DNA from: an uncultured Chloroflexia bacterium
Lineage (GTDB): Bacteria > Chloroflexota > Limnocylindria > Limnocylindrales > CSP1-4
Direction of reading: 5' to 3'
Assembly (NCBI GenBank): GCA_963734535.1
Contig: CAVTHS010000008.1
Coordinates: 489,155 to 553,154, forward strand
DNA length: 64,000 nt
How positions within the stretch are numbered: the stretch's first letter is position 1; each line of letters begins with the position of its first letter. The notes under the pieces were generated by a model, which was not told where the DNA came from, searched no databases, and saw only the letters and a list, made by a program, of their open reading frames with translations. Below are positions 19,402 through 28,064 of this stretch, one piece after another. The position numbers were made by a program, and so were the translations under genes.

Positions 19402-20957
19402 GCGGCGACCCGCCCCTTCACGAGCTCGTACGTCAGCCCGTGCTTGCGAGCGATCGCCTCCGCATACGCAAGGCCGTCGGCGGGCCGGCGTTCGAGCTTG
19501 AACGTCCGCCGACCAGGATCGGCGGGGTCCACCGCGGCAACGAGGCTTACGGTGGTGGCCGTCAGGGACGCGAGCTCGTCGAGGAAGGTGACGACGACCG
19601 CGAGCAGGTCGAGCCGGACGGCCGCGCCGAGGATCGCCTCGTTGAGGAAGAGCGCGTCGCTCACCGTCGTCGAGCTGAAGCTCTCGTTCATCACCAGGAG
19701 GGTCCGCGGCGTTGCCGCACCGAGGATCCGGCGGATCCGCTGCAGATCATCCTCGAGCTTGCCGGCCAGGTTCCCCAGGTCTTCCGAGCGCTCGAAGTGC
19801 GTGTGGATCGCATCGACGAGGAAGACCCGTGCCTCCGTGCCGGGCACGGGGCAGCCGAGCCGGGCGAGGTGATGGAGCTGGCCGACCGCCCGCGCGAATG
19901 TCGTCTTGCCGCCCTGGTTCGGGCCGGTGACGACGACGATCCGATCTGTCCCCGCGAGATCGAGGTCGTTCGTGATGATGGCGCGGCCGGGGACCGCGAG
20001 CTTCGCGGCGAGTGCGAGGTCGAACACCTCGCGCACGCACGTCGCCTTCGAGTCGGCCGACACCTCCGGATAGCAGAACTCGAGCCCGTGGGGCCGGAGG
20101 TCGTCGATCCGCTCGCGGTACGCAAGGTAGAACTGGATCTCGCGGTCGAACCCAGCCAGGGTCGGGTCCATGAAGCCGCCGTGGTCGGCGGCGAACGCGA
20201 TCAGTGCCGCGAAGGCGTCGGGATGCATCCGGGCGACGCCCTCGAGCACGGCTGCCTCCACGTGATCGAGGGCTCCCTTCGACGGCATCGAGAACTCGGG
20301 TGGCGCCACATCGGCTGCCCGGAAGCGCGCGAACGTGGCGCGCAGCTCCACGCCGTAGTCGGGCTCGGCCTCGTAGGAGCTGACGACGACCCGGCGTCCG
20401 GAGATCCGGAGCCGAACGTCGAGCGCGTCCAGCGCGGCGAGGACACGTCGGGCATCCGAGCCGAGCGTCGCGAAGGCATCCGAACCAACGTAGCCCCGCA
20501 GATGGTCGGCGATCTGCCTGAGGCCGCGCGAGCGCGGGCCGGCCGCGTCGAGCGTGTCGGCGAGGGCGACGATCGTCGGGACGTAGACCCGCACGGCCTC
20601 CAGGAGCCAGCGCTCCCGTTCGTATCGATGGCGGCTGGCTGACGAACGCGCCATCCTGCCGCGGACGAGCCGCATCGCGTCCGCGAACGACCGGAGCGAG
20701 GCCGTCAATTCGCTGGACTCGAGGTCCCGGAAGACCTCGTGCCGAAAGGCGACCGCTTCGACATCAGGACACGGCGCGAAGAAGAACCCCCGCAGGTCGT
20801 ACTCGTCGCGCCGCCACGTGAGCCACGATGCGATCTCGTCGAGGTGGAGATCAACGACGAAGTCGCCGGACTGGGCCGCCGGCCAGCGGTCGGGAGCGCG
20901 GTCGAAGAGGACGCTCACGGCGCCCGGACCTGCCGCCGGGCGTGGATCCTCGGTCAT
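19398..20957 (-). CDS. MutS-like ATPase A (domain V only, MutS4-type pair)
   Basis: Walker A GPNQGGKTT, THFERSED, GKLEDDL, MNESFSST, VTFLDEL, ADGLAYA; no mismatch-binding domain. Confidence 0.85.
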   Translation of the reverse strand: MTEDPRPAAGPGAVSVLFDRAPDRWPAAQSGDFVVDLHLDEIASWLTWRRDEYDLRGFFFAPCPDVEAVAFRHEVFRDLESSELTASLRSFADAMRLVRGRMARSSASRHRYERERWLLEAVRVYVPTIVALADTLDAAGPRSRGLRQIADHLRGYVGSDAFATLGSDARRVLAALDALDVRLRISGRRVVVSSYEAEPDYGVELRATFARFRAADVAPPEFSMPSKGALDHVEAAVLEGVARMHPDAFAALIAFAADHGGFMDPTLAGFDREIQFYLAYRERIDDLRPHGLEFCYPEVSADSKATCVREVFDLALAAKLAVPGRAIITNDLDLAGTDRIVVVTGPNQGGKTTFARAVGQLHHLARLGCPVPGTEARVFLVDAIHTHFERSEDLGNLAGKLEDDLQRIRRILGAATPRTLLVMNESFSSTTVSDALFLNEAILGAAVRLDLLAVVVTFLDELASLTATTVSLVAAVDPADPGRRTFKLERRPADGLAYAEAIARKHGLTYELVKGRVAA

Positions 20958-21072
20958 GGCTCGTTCTCACCTGCGACCAGCCGGTCGGTCCCGCGACCGG
21001 AGGGTCAACGCTGCGCTCGACTCGGCGCGATCGGAGGTGGTGCTCCCGACCCTCTTGCTCCCGGATACACGA

Positions 21073-21102
21073 ATGGCTCCTGGAACTGGGTCCAGAAGCC
21101 AT
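21073..21102 (-). terminator. Attenuator hairpin of the leftward fluoride riboswitch
   Basis: ATGGCTTCTGGA-cccagt-TCCAGGAGCCAT 12-bp stem sequesters the 3' pseudoknot strand; weak U-tract. Confidence 0.6.
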
Positions 21103-21140
21103 CACCCGCGAACGGGATACGGCGCGAGCTTCATCGCGCG
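21091..21140 (-). ncRNA. Fluoride riboswitch (crcB motif)
   Basis: Reverse complement GCGCGA-TGAAGC-TCGCGC cgtat CCCG-TTCG-CGGG TGATGGCTTCTG: P1 stem, hairpin, GAAGC/GCTTC pseudoknot, conserved GAUG and UGAUG. Confidence 0.85.
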
Positions 21141-21155
21141 ATCGGTTGTCACCCA

Positions 21156-21184
21156 AGCATGGGCCCAAGCGTGAAGCCCGTCAA
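21156..21184 (-). promoter_or_regulatory. Sigma70-type promoter for leftward riboswitch/MutS-like operon
   Basis: TTGACG-17 nt-CATGCT on the minus strand just upstream of the aptamer. Confidence 0.65.
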
Positions 21185-21207
21185 ACAACCGTCTTGCGGG
21201 CCGCGCG

Positions 21208-21236
21208 TTGACGGTCGGGCAGGGAGGTCCTACGCT
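21208..21236 (+). promoter_or_regulatory. Sigma70-type promoter for rightward riboswitch
   Basis: TTGACG-17 nt-TACGCT, ending 7 nt before the aptamer. Confidence 0.7.
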
Positions 21237-21243
21237 CGCGCCA

Positions 21244-21308
21244 CGGCGATGGTGTCCGCCGAGACGCTGGTGCGTCTGAACCGCCCGGTATGGGCTGATG
21301 GCCCCTCG
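21244..21308 (+). ncRNA. Fluoride riboswitch (crcB motif)
   Basis: CGGCGATGGTGTCCGCCG, extra hairpin, GAACCGCCC-GGTAT-GGGCTGATGGCCCCT matches the GGCGAUGGNGUUCGCC...GCUGAUGRCNCCU consensus (one pseudoknot mismatch). Confidence 0.85.
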
Positions 21309-21338
21309 ACTGCATCGGCAGACGTGGGGCTTCTTCTT
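21301..21338 (+). terminator. Intrinsic terminator/attenuator of the rightward fluoride riboswitch
   Basis: GCCCC...CTGC-atcg-GCAG...GGGGC followed by TTCTTCTT; overlaps the aptamer 3' strand. Confidence 0.7.
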
Positions 21339-21355
21339 GCCCCGGACGGAGGCAC

Positions 21356-22735
21356 ATGACGGCCGACGCCGCGACCCTCGGGCCAGACTCGGGGCATGCT
21401 CCGGCACGGCTCCGTATCGAGGTCGTCGAGGCGCTCGGCCCGGGCCTCGAGCTCGCACACGACCAACGCACGGGTGGCCTCGTTGCTGCGCGCGCCCGGT
21501 CCGGCGGCCTGTGGCTCGGGTTCGATCGCGGGGCCCTGGTGGACTCCGACGACGGGTCCGGCCGCTCAGTGCCCGTCATCGTCGCGGTTCCCGGCTCGAC
21601 ATGGCCAGGCTGCCAGGTCGACGCGGAGATCGTGGGCGCCCTGGCGGCTGGCGGTCGGACGATCCTCGTCGCGAGGATCAGTGGAGTCCCCGAACCGCTG
21701 CCGGCGGTCGCACGCGTCGTCGCCCAGGTGCCCGAAGGGGCGTGGCTCGACGCGGCAACGGCAGCCGGGATCGCAGCCGCTGCCCGTCGCGAACACCGGC
21801 GGCGCCAGGCGATGGACCGGATCGTCGGTGGCCGGGCGTGGGAGGCGTCGGGGGCAACGCCCGAGGCCGCCCGCTTCACGACCCCGCACTCGCTCGCCGA
21901 GTACTCCCTCGGACGGCTACCGCCGCGGTTCCTCCGTGGCCTTCGGGATCTGCTCGACCCAGGCGAGCGGATCCTCTACTCGATCGAGCGCCCCGGGATC
22001 ACCGCTACGGGCTTCATCGGGCAGGTCCCACGGCAGGACCGGCGGAGCGCACTCCTGGTCCTGACCGATCGCCAGGTCGCCTGGCTCGTCGACCACGCGG
22101 ACCCTGACCGCTACCTCTCGGACTGGGGCATCGATGCCGAGACGATCCCGATCGAGCTCGTGACCGCCGCCCGCGTGGTCGAGTCGGGTCGCTGGTGTCG
22201 ACTCGTCATTGCCACCGACCGTGGCCAGACCGAGGCGCGGCTTCCGGCCGAGCTCTCATCCGAAGTGGGGGTCGCCGCCCAGCTGATCGAGCGGTTCATC
22301 CCGGCCGCGGACGTGCGCCTCCCGCGCCGGCGGTACGTCGTCGAGCGCCGCAACATCGACTGGTCTCGGCTCGATGCGTTCAGCGGGGGAACGGACGTCC
22401 GTTCGCTGACGAGGCAGCTCGATGCCGATGCGGTCGCATGGCTCCTCGGCCCAGCGCGCCAGGGCCACCCTCGCGCCGAGGCGTGCGCGCTCACCCCCGA
22501 CTCGATCGCCTTCATCTCCGGTCGCCGCCGTCACGATGTTCCGCTCGGTGCTGTCCATGCCTTCCGGATCGCCCTCTCGCCTCTCGTCGGGAGGTTCGAG
22601 GTCGTCGGGTCGCGGGTGCTGGGCGCGATGACGTTCCCGGCGCCGTTCGGCGACCTTGCGGGTACGTTCGTCCGCTCGGCGGGCCGCCTGACCGCCACCG
22701 TGCCGGGCGTGAGGCACCAGCCATCGCCGACCTGA
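21356..22735 (+). CDS. Degenerate family I inorganic pyrophosphatase-like domain fused to PH-like domains
   Basis: N-terminus is colinear with Ppa (DQRTGGL..R, FDRG, G..V.VIV, PGC, VGAL) but lacks DGDPxD; later ERILY...LLVLTDRQV...IP PH-like segments; SD GGAGG. Confidence 0.65.
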   Translation: MTADAATLGPDSGHAPARLRIEVVEALGPGLELAHDQRTGGLVAARARSGGLWLGFDRGALVDSDDGSGRSVPVIVAVPGSTWPGCQVDAEIVGALAAGGRTILVARISGVPEPLPAVARVVAQVPEGAWLDAATAAGIAAAARREHRRRQAMDRIVGGRAWEASGATPEAARFTTPHSLAEYSLGRLPPRFLRGLRDLLDPGERILYSIERPGITATGFIGQVPRQDRRSALLVLTDRQVAWLVDHADPDRYLSDWGIDAETIPIELVTAARVVESGRWCRLVIATDRGQTEARLPAELSSEVGVAAQLIERFIPAADVRLPRRRYVVERRNIDWSRLDAFSGGTDVRSLTRQLDADAVAWLLGPARQGHPRAEACALTPDSIAFISGRRRHDVPLGAVHAFRIALSPLVGRFEVVGSRVLGAMTFPAPFGDLAGTFVRSAGRLTATVPGVRHQPSPT

Positions 22736-23082
22736 GCCGATGTGCCTGGCGGCCATCGAATGCGCCGGGGTGGGCGGAGCGCGGCCGTCACGACGCTATC
22801 GGCTCTTGACGGGCGTGCGGCTGATCAACGACTGTCCGACGAGCAGCCGTGCGGACCCGAGCGCAGCGCGTATCCGGGGTCAGATGCCCGCCCCTGTCTT
22901 CCCCTCTCCCGCGCCACTCCGGGTCAGCGGCGTTTCGCCCTTGCTCTACCTCTCTCCCGCGCCACGTTTGACAGGCACCCGGCACGCTCCGACACTTCTC
23001 GGAGCGGCTGCGGCCGCCGGTGGCGGCCCCGTGGTCAGGGTCCCGGGCCCACCGTCCCGGATACGCGAAGCGAGGAAGTCCC

Positions 23083-23502
23083 ATGTCCCGTCTTACCAGC
23101 TGGCTGCGCCCGTCGACGGTCGCACACGCGCACTGCGACATCCCATGCGGCATCTACGACCCGGCCGAGGCCGTCCAGGCGGCGCGGACCGTCGCCCGGA
23201 TGGTGGAGCTGATCGGCAAGCTCCCCGAGGGCTCGACCGCCGTCGCCGATCGGAACACGTTCGTCCGCTGTGTGGCCGTCAAGGAGCAGCACGCCGAGAA
23301 GGTGAAGCACGAGGTCCAGGTCATCTGGTCCGACTACTTCAAGCCGGAGCATCTCGCGGCGTTCCCCGAGCTCCACACCAAGGTCTGGAACCTGCTCAAG
23401 CTCGCGGGCAAGAACAAGCAGGGCATCGACGCGCAGGCGGCTGCCGATCTCGAGGCGGCCACCAAGGAGTTCGCGGAGATGTTCTGGGCGACCAAGAAGT
23501 AG
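23083..23502 (+). CDS. sodN: Nickel superoxide dismutase
   Basis: Ni-hook AHCDIPCGIYDP; WSDYFKPEH; FWATK. Confidence 0.95.
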   Translation: MSRLTSWLRPSTVAHAHCDIPCGIYDPAEAVQAARTVARMVELIGKLPEGSTAVADRNTFVRCVAVKEQHAEKVKHEVQVIWSDYFKPEHLAAFPELHTKVWNLLKLAGKNKQGIDAQAAADLEAATKEFAEMFWATKK

Positions 23503-23598
23503 CCGACGCGGCGAGCCGGCAGGACCCGGCGTGCCGGCGTCGCGCACGACGTCACCGCGGCGCCGCGCAGCGGTGATCGGCCAGGCCGGCCTGTCGAC

Positions 23599-24078
23599 GT
23601 GACGGGCCGGCGACGATCGGGGCGCGCCGGTCGACCCTGGCGGCTTCGCCTGTTCCTGCTCGCGTCCGCGGTCCTCGCGCTGGCCTGGGACGCGGGCGCT
23701 CTCGCGCGCCGTGCGCGCCGCGGACCGTGGCGCGCCGAGGTCGTCGGCGAGAGCATGGTCCCGGCACTCCGAAACGGCGACTGGCTGCTGGTCGACCCGA
23801 CACCGGCCCGATGGCCGCGGCGGGGTTCGGTCGTGGTCGTCCGCGAGCCGGAGGGCGACCTCGTCGTCGTGAAGCGCATCGCCGCGCGCCCGGGTGACCG
23901 GGTTGTCCGGGCGGATGGGTCGGTCACCGTGCTCGGCGCAACGGAGGCGTGGCTCCTCAGCGACGCGCCGGACGAAGCGATCGATTCGCGGCGATATGGA
24001 CCGGTTGACGCCGAGCTGCTGCTGGGCCGCGTCGCGTGGCGATACGGACCCATCCGGAGATTTGGACCCGTGCGCTGA
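23599..24078 (+). CDS. sodX: NiSOD maturation protease (S26-type)
   Basis: Motifs VVGESMVPAL, VKRI, DSRRYGPV; follows sodN. Confidence 0.85.
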   Translation: MTGRRRSGRAGRPWRLRLFLLASAVLALAWDAGALARRARRGPWRAEVVGESMVPALRNGDWLLVDPTPARWPRRGSVVVVREPEGDLVVVKRIAARPGDRVVRADGSVTVLGATEAWLLSDAPDEAIDSRRYGPVDAELLLGRVAWRYGPIRRFGPVR

Positions 24079-24109
24079 GCCGGCCGCGCCGGCGCGCGAG
24101 CGCGCGACG

Positions 24110-25018
24110 CTACCCGGCAGCGACGCCCAGCGCCTGGCCCGCGAGCGGCACGTGGGCGGCGCGCACGTCAGCCGCGAAGGACGCAAGCCCCTCGTCGCTG
24201 GTATCCCACCGGGACGGGAACATGATGATCCGGTCGAGGCCCAGCGCGGCGTAGCTGCCCAGGCGGTCGACGCGCGCCTGCCCGTCGGCACGGGAATCGT
24301 TGTCGCGGCTGTAGAGGGAGATGCGCAGGGTCGAGGGATCCCGGCCCTCCTCCTCGCAGCGCTGGCGCGCGACGGGGAGCGCTTCGCGGATCTCGTCGGG
24401 TCCCAGGAAGACCAGGTTCAGCTCGTCCGCGTAGCGGGCCGCGTACCGGAAGGTCACGTTCTGCCCGTTGCCGCCGACCACGATCGGGATGTGCCCCTGG
24501 ATCCCCTTCGGCACGTTGATTGCCTCTTCGACGCGCGCATAGGCGCCCTCGAACGTGGCCTTGCCCGGGCCGAGCATCCGCCGGATCACCTCGAGATGGT
24601 CACCGAGCGCGCCGAGGCGCTCCCGCAGCGTTGGGAAGCCGTAGCCGTACGCAAGCCACTCGTCTTCCTTCCAGCCGGCACCGATCCCGAGCTCGAAGCG
24701 GCCGCCCGAGATCACGTCGATCGTCGAGGCCATCTTCGCGGTGAGGGCGGGGTTGCGGAAGCCGGTGCAGACCACCATGTGGCCAATTCGCGCGCGTGAC
24801 GTCGCCTGCGCCAGCGCCGCGAGCATCGTGAACGACTCGAAGGTGATCTCCTCGGTCGGGTTGGGCACCGTCGTGAAATGGTCGAAGACCCAGAGGGACT
24901 CGAAGCCCAGCGCCTCGGCCTGCTGCGCCCGCGCGATCGAGTTCGCCCACGCGTCCGCGGGACTCCAGCCGTCGAACTCCCCTTTCCAGCCCTGGGGAAC
25001 CATCACCCCGACATCCAC
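24110..25018 (-). CDS. LLM class (F420-dependent-type) oxidoreductase
   Basis: Motifs WVFDHF, RNPALTAKMASTIDVISGGRFELGIGAGW. Confidence 0.9.
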   Translation of the reverse strand: MDVGVMVPQGWKGEFDGWSPADAWANSIARAQQAEALGFESLWVFDHFTTVPNPTEEITFESFTMLAALAQATSRARIGHMVVCTGFRNPALTAKMASTIDVISGGRFELGIGAGWKEDEWLAYGYGFPTLRERLGALGDHLEVIRRMLGPGKATFEGAYARVEEAINVPKGIQGHIPIVVGGNGQNVTFRYAARYADELNLVFLGPDEIREALPVARQRCEEEGRDPSTLRISLYSRDNDSRADGQARVDRLGSYAALGLDRIIMFPSRWDTSDEGLASFAADVRAAHVPLAGQALGVAAG

Positions 25019-25128
25019 GTGTGCCCACTTCCTCCGACATCGACCGATCGGTCGCGATCCGGCCCGCGCGACCACGCGCGAGCGTCCAGTCCACCATCCC
25101 CACCGGCGTCGAGCCTATCATCGGCGGC

Positions 25129-26418
25129 ATGGAGCTGCCGCCGCCGTTCGACCCGACCGTCCTCGCCCACCCGGACCCGGAGGCCACCTTGTCCGGCCCG
25201 CCGACACCGTGGGCGTCCCTGCCGGCGCCCGCGCGTCGAGACGGCCCCCCGTGGTGGATGACCGAGATGATCGATGCGGAACCGGCGCTCGCCGGCCGCC
25301 TGCTCCGGCGCCTGGGCATCGTCCGGCGCAGCTCGGGCGTCCCGGGCGTGCCCGCGAAGCTCGAGGCGCCCGGTCGTGACACCTCGGCCGGACGCCTCGC
25401 GGCGGCGATCCGCACCGCGCTGGAGGCCGGCGACCCGGTGGTGGTCACCGGGTGTGGCACCAGCGAGCACGGTGCGATGGCGTTCGCCGCGATCGTCGCC
25501 GATGCGGCCGAGCGTGGAGGCATCCGCGGCTCCGGGAAGCCCGGCAGCGTGCTGGCACGCCAGGCGTTCGAGGCCTCGCTGGCACCCCAGCGCGGCGGGC
25601 TGATCATCGGCATCAGCCACGAGGGCGGCACGGGGGCGACGCTGGCCGCGTTGACCGCCGCCGCGGCCCTCCGCGCGAAGGTCGCGGCGGTCACCGTGAG
25701 CCGGCTGGCCCCGATCGGCGGCCTGAGCCCCTTGATCCTCGAGACCGCAGAGATCGACCGGAGCTGGTGCCACACCATCGGCTACCTCTCCCCGATCCTG
25801 GCCGGCGTCGCCGTGGGGGCCGCGCTGACCGGCGAGGCGGGCGATGCAGACCCGGGCGTCATCCGGCCGCTCCTCGCGGCGGGTCTCGAGCAGGCCACCT
25901 CCGCCGAACGCATCGCCGCCGAGCTGGCCGGCTGCCGCGAGATCATCGTGCTGGCGTCCGGCGCCGACACGACGGCCGGCCGCGAGCTCGCGCTCAAGGT
26001 GGAAGAGGCAACCTGGCTGCCCGCGGCGTTCCGCGAGACCGAGACGTTCCTCCACGGCCACCTCCCGGCGATGGACGGGGCGACCGGCCTCGTGCTCATC
26101 CTCGCCGACCGCGCGGGACGGGAGGCGCGCTCGGCCCGGGCGCAGCAGGCGCTCGCGGCGGCAGCCCGGATCGGGATGCGGCCGGGCGCGATCCTGGCCG
26201 CGGACCTGGACCGCGAGTGGCCGGCATTCCTTGCGCCGGCCGGCAGGCTCCTCGTCCCGGAGGCACCGGCGCTGCCGGGCCCCGTCGCCGCGCTCATCGG
26301 GACGGCCACGCCGCTCCAGCTCCTGACCGAGCGGCTTGCGCGCGCCCGCGGGACGGACCCGGACCCGATCCGGCGCGACCAGCTCGCCTACCGCGAGGCC
26401 GCCGCGCTCGCGGAGTAG
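25129..26418 (+). CDS. Double SIS-domain sugar-phosphate isomerase/deglycase-like protein
   Basis: Motifs TGCGTSEH, ISHEGGT, ELALKVEE, ETFLHGH. Confidence 0.85.
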   Translation: MELPPPFDPTVLAHPDPEATLSGPPTPWASLPAPARRDGPPWWMTEMIDAEPALAGRLLRRLGIVRRSSGVPGVPAKLEAPGRDTSAGRLAAAIRTALEAGDPVVVTGCGTSEHGAMAFAAIVADAAERGGIRGSGKPGSVLARQAFEASLAPQRGGLIIGISHEGGTGATLAALTAAAALRAKVAAVTVSRLAPIGGLSPLILETAEIDRSWCHTIGYLSPILAGVAVGAALTGEAGDADPGVIRPLLAAGLEQATSAERIAAELAGCREIIVLASGADTTAGRELALKVEEATWLPAAFRETETFLHGHLPAMDGATGLVLILADRAGREARSARAQQALAAAARIGMRPGAILAADLDREWPAFLAPAGRLLVPEAPALPGPVAALIGTATPLQLLTERLARARGTDPDPIRRDQLAYREAAALAE

Positions 26419-26424
26419 CCGGAC

Positions 26425-27372
26425 TCAGCCGCGGACCAGGACCTCGCCGAGCAGGTCCACGTGGGCGAGGTCCCAGGGCAGGAAGTCCTGGAGCATGAGC
26501 CGCTCGCACCCGGCCGCCTCGAACCGGGCGGCCATCGCGCGGGCCTCGTCCGGAGTGCCGTAGATCCAGCGCGGCCGGCGCGTCTCGAACCAGGCAGTTC
26601 CCTCCGCGGCCATCCCGAACGCGTCGAGGAGCGCCCGTGACCGGCGCTCCACCTCGGCAGCGTCGCGACCGATCAGGGCGCCCGCCATCGCCGAGTGGCG
26701 AATCGTGGAGGGATCCCGGCCGGCCTCCCGGGCGATCGTGTCGAGCATCGCGAAGCGCTCGACCACGCGTTCCGGGGACGCGCTGGAGAGGTTGAACTCG
26801 TCGGCGAAGCGAACCGCGATCCGCATCGAGCGCGGGCTCCCCTCGCCACCCACGATGAGCGGCGGCGCCGGCTGCTGGACCGGCCGCGGCCGGAGCAGCC
26901 CGGCCGGGACCTGGTAGTGGCGGCCGCTGAAGGACCACCCGTCCGGGCCCTGCCACAGGCCGCGAAGCACCTCCAGCTGCTCCTCCAGCATCTCGGCGCG
27001 CACCTCGATCGGCGGGAACGGGAAGCCGTGGTGCTCGTGCTCGGCCTGGTTCCAGCCGGCCCCGAGGCCGACGTCCAGTCGCCCGCCTGACATCTCATCG
27101 ACGGTCGTGGCCAGCTTGGCAAGGTTGCCCGGGTGCCGGAACGTCACCGGGGAGACCAGGGCGCCGATCCGGATGGTGGTGGTCTCGCGGGCGAGCCCCG
27201 CGAGGACGGCCCACGCGTCGGTCGTCGGCCGCCCCGATGCGCCCGGGAAGCTGTCGTAGTGGTCCGAACGCAGGAAGGTCTCGAACCCCGCCGCCTCGGC
27301 GTGCCGGGCAACCGCCAGCTGGTCCGCGTAGGAGCAGCCCTGCTGGGGCTCGATCATCAGCGCATATCGCAT
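26425..27372 (-). CDS. LLM class F420-dependent oxidoreductase
   Basis: Motifs EPQQG, RSDHY, PTTDAW, TFRHPG, GLGAGW. Confidence 0.9.
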   Translation of the reverse strand: MRYALMIEPQQGCSYADQLAVARHAEAAGFETFLRSDHYDSFPGASGRPTTDAWAVLAGLARETTTIRIGALVSPVTFRHPGNLAKLATTVDEMSGGRLDVGLGAGWNQAEHEHHGFPFPPIEVRAEMLEEQLEVLRGLWQGPDGWSFSGRHYQVPAGLLRPRPVQQPAPPLIVGGEGSPRSMRIAVRFADEFNLSSASPERVVERFAMLDTIAREAGRDPSTIRHSAMAGALIGRDAAEVERRSRALLDAFGMAAEGTAWFETRRPRWIYGTPDEARAMAARFEAAGCERLMLQDFLPWDLAHVDLLGEVLVRG

Positions 27373-27437
27373 TCGGCTTCTCCGTGTTTCTGGCCGCCTG
27401 GGTGGATCCTCTGTCGGGCCCCGGGATATTCGCGCGT

Positions 27438-27512
27438 CGATACTTCCCGTGATCGAAATGGTTGCCGTTGACGAAGTGATCTTGGTTCAGATATATTATT
27501 GACGTGATCGTA
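27438..27512. promoter_or_regulatory. AT-rich divergent promoter with degenerate MarR-type boxes
   Basis: AT-rich island with repeated CGTGATCG and TTGACG elements directly before marR. Confidence 0.45.
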
Positions 27513-28064
27513 ACAACAACGCCGGCCCTGGCGGCCGACCCGGCCACGGCCGTCGAACCGACCCGTTCGCCCGAACGCCGGGCGCTGATCGAGGAGATCC
27601 TCGCCGGGACTGCCGTGATCGCCGGCCATCAGCGCTGCGCGGTCGCCCGAAGGCTGCACCGGCAGGGCATCAGCATGGCGCACCTGCAGACGCTGTGGAT
27701 TCTGCAGGAACACGGCCCCCAGCCGATGACCCACCTGGCGGACCTGCTGGGCGTCGCGGTCCCGAACGCGACCGGCATCATCGACCGGATGGAGCAGCGC
27801 GGGCTCGTCGAGCGTCTCCGGGACGGCGCGGACCGCCGTGTCGTGATCGTCCGGCAGACGCCGGACGGAGCGCGCGCGGTCGAGGAGGTCGATGGCTGGC
27901 GGAGCGAGATGCTCCAGGCGCTCCTGCTGCGGCTCGACACCGACCAGCTCGTGCGCCTCGTGGGCGGCATCGAGGAGCTTCGCGCGGCAATCCTGACACA
28001 CGGGACCGACCTGCCACTGGACGCGGCAGGACCAGGTCCGGGAGAGGAGACAGCACGACCATGA
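27504..28064 (+). CDS. MarR family transcriptional regulator
   Basis: LADLLGVAVPNATGIIDRMEQRGLVER..DRRVV. Confidence 0.9.
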   Translation: MIVTTTPALAADPATAVEPTRSPERRALIEEILAGTAVIAGHQRCAVARRLHRQGISMAHLQTLWILQEHGPQPMTHLADLLGVAVPNATGIIDRMEQRGLVERLRDGADRRVVIVRQTPDGARAVEEVDGWRSEMLQALLLRLDTDQLVRLVGGIEELRAAILTHGTDLPLDAAGPGPGEETARP

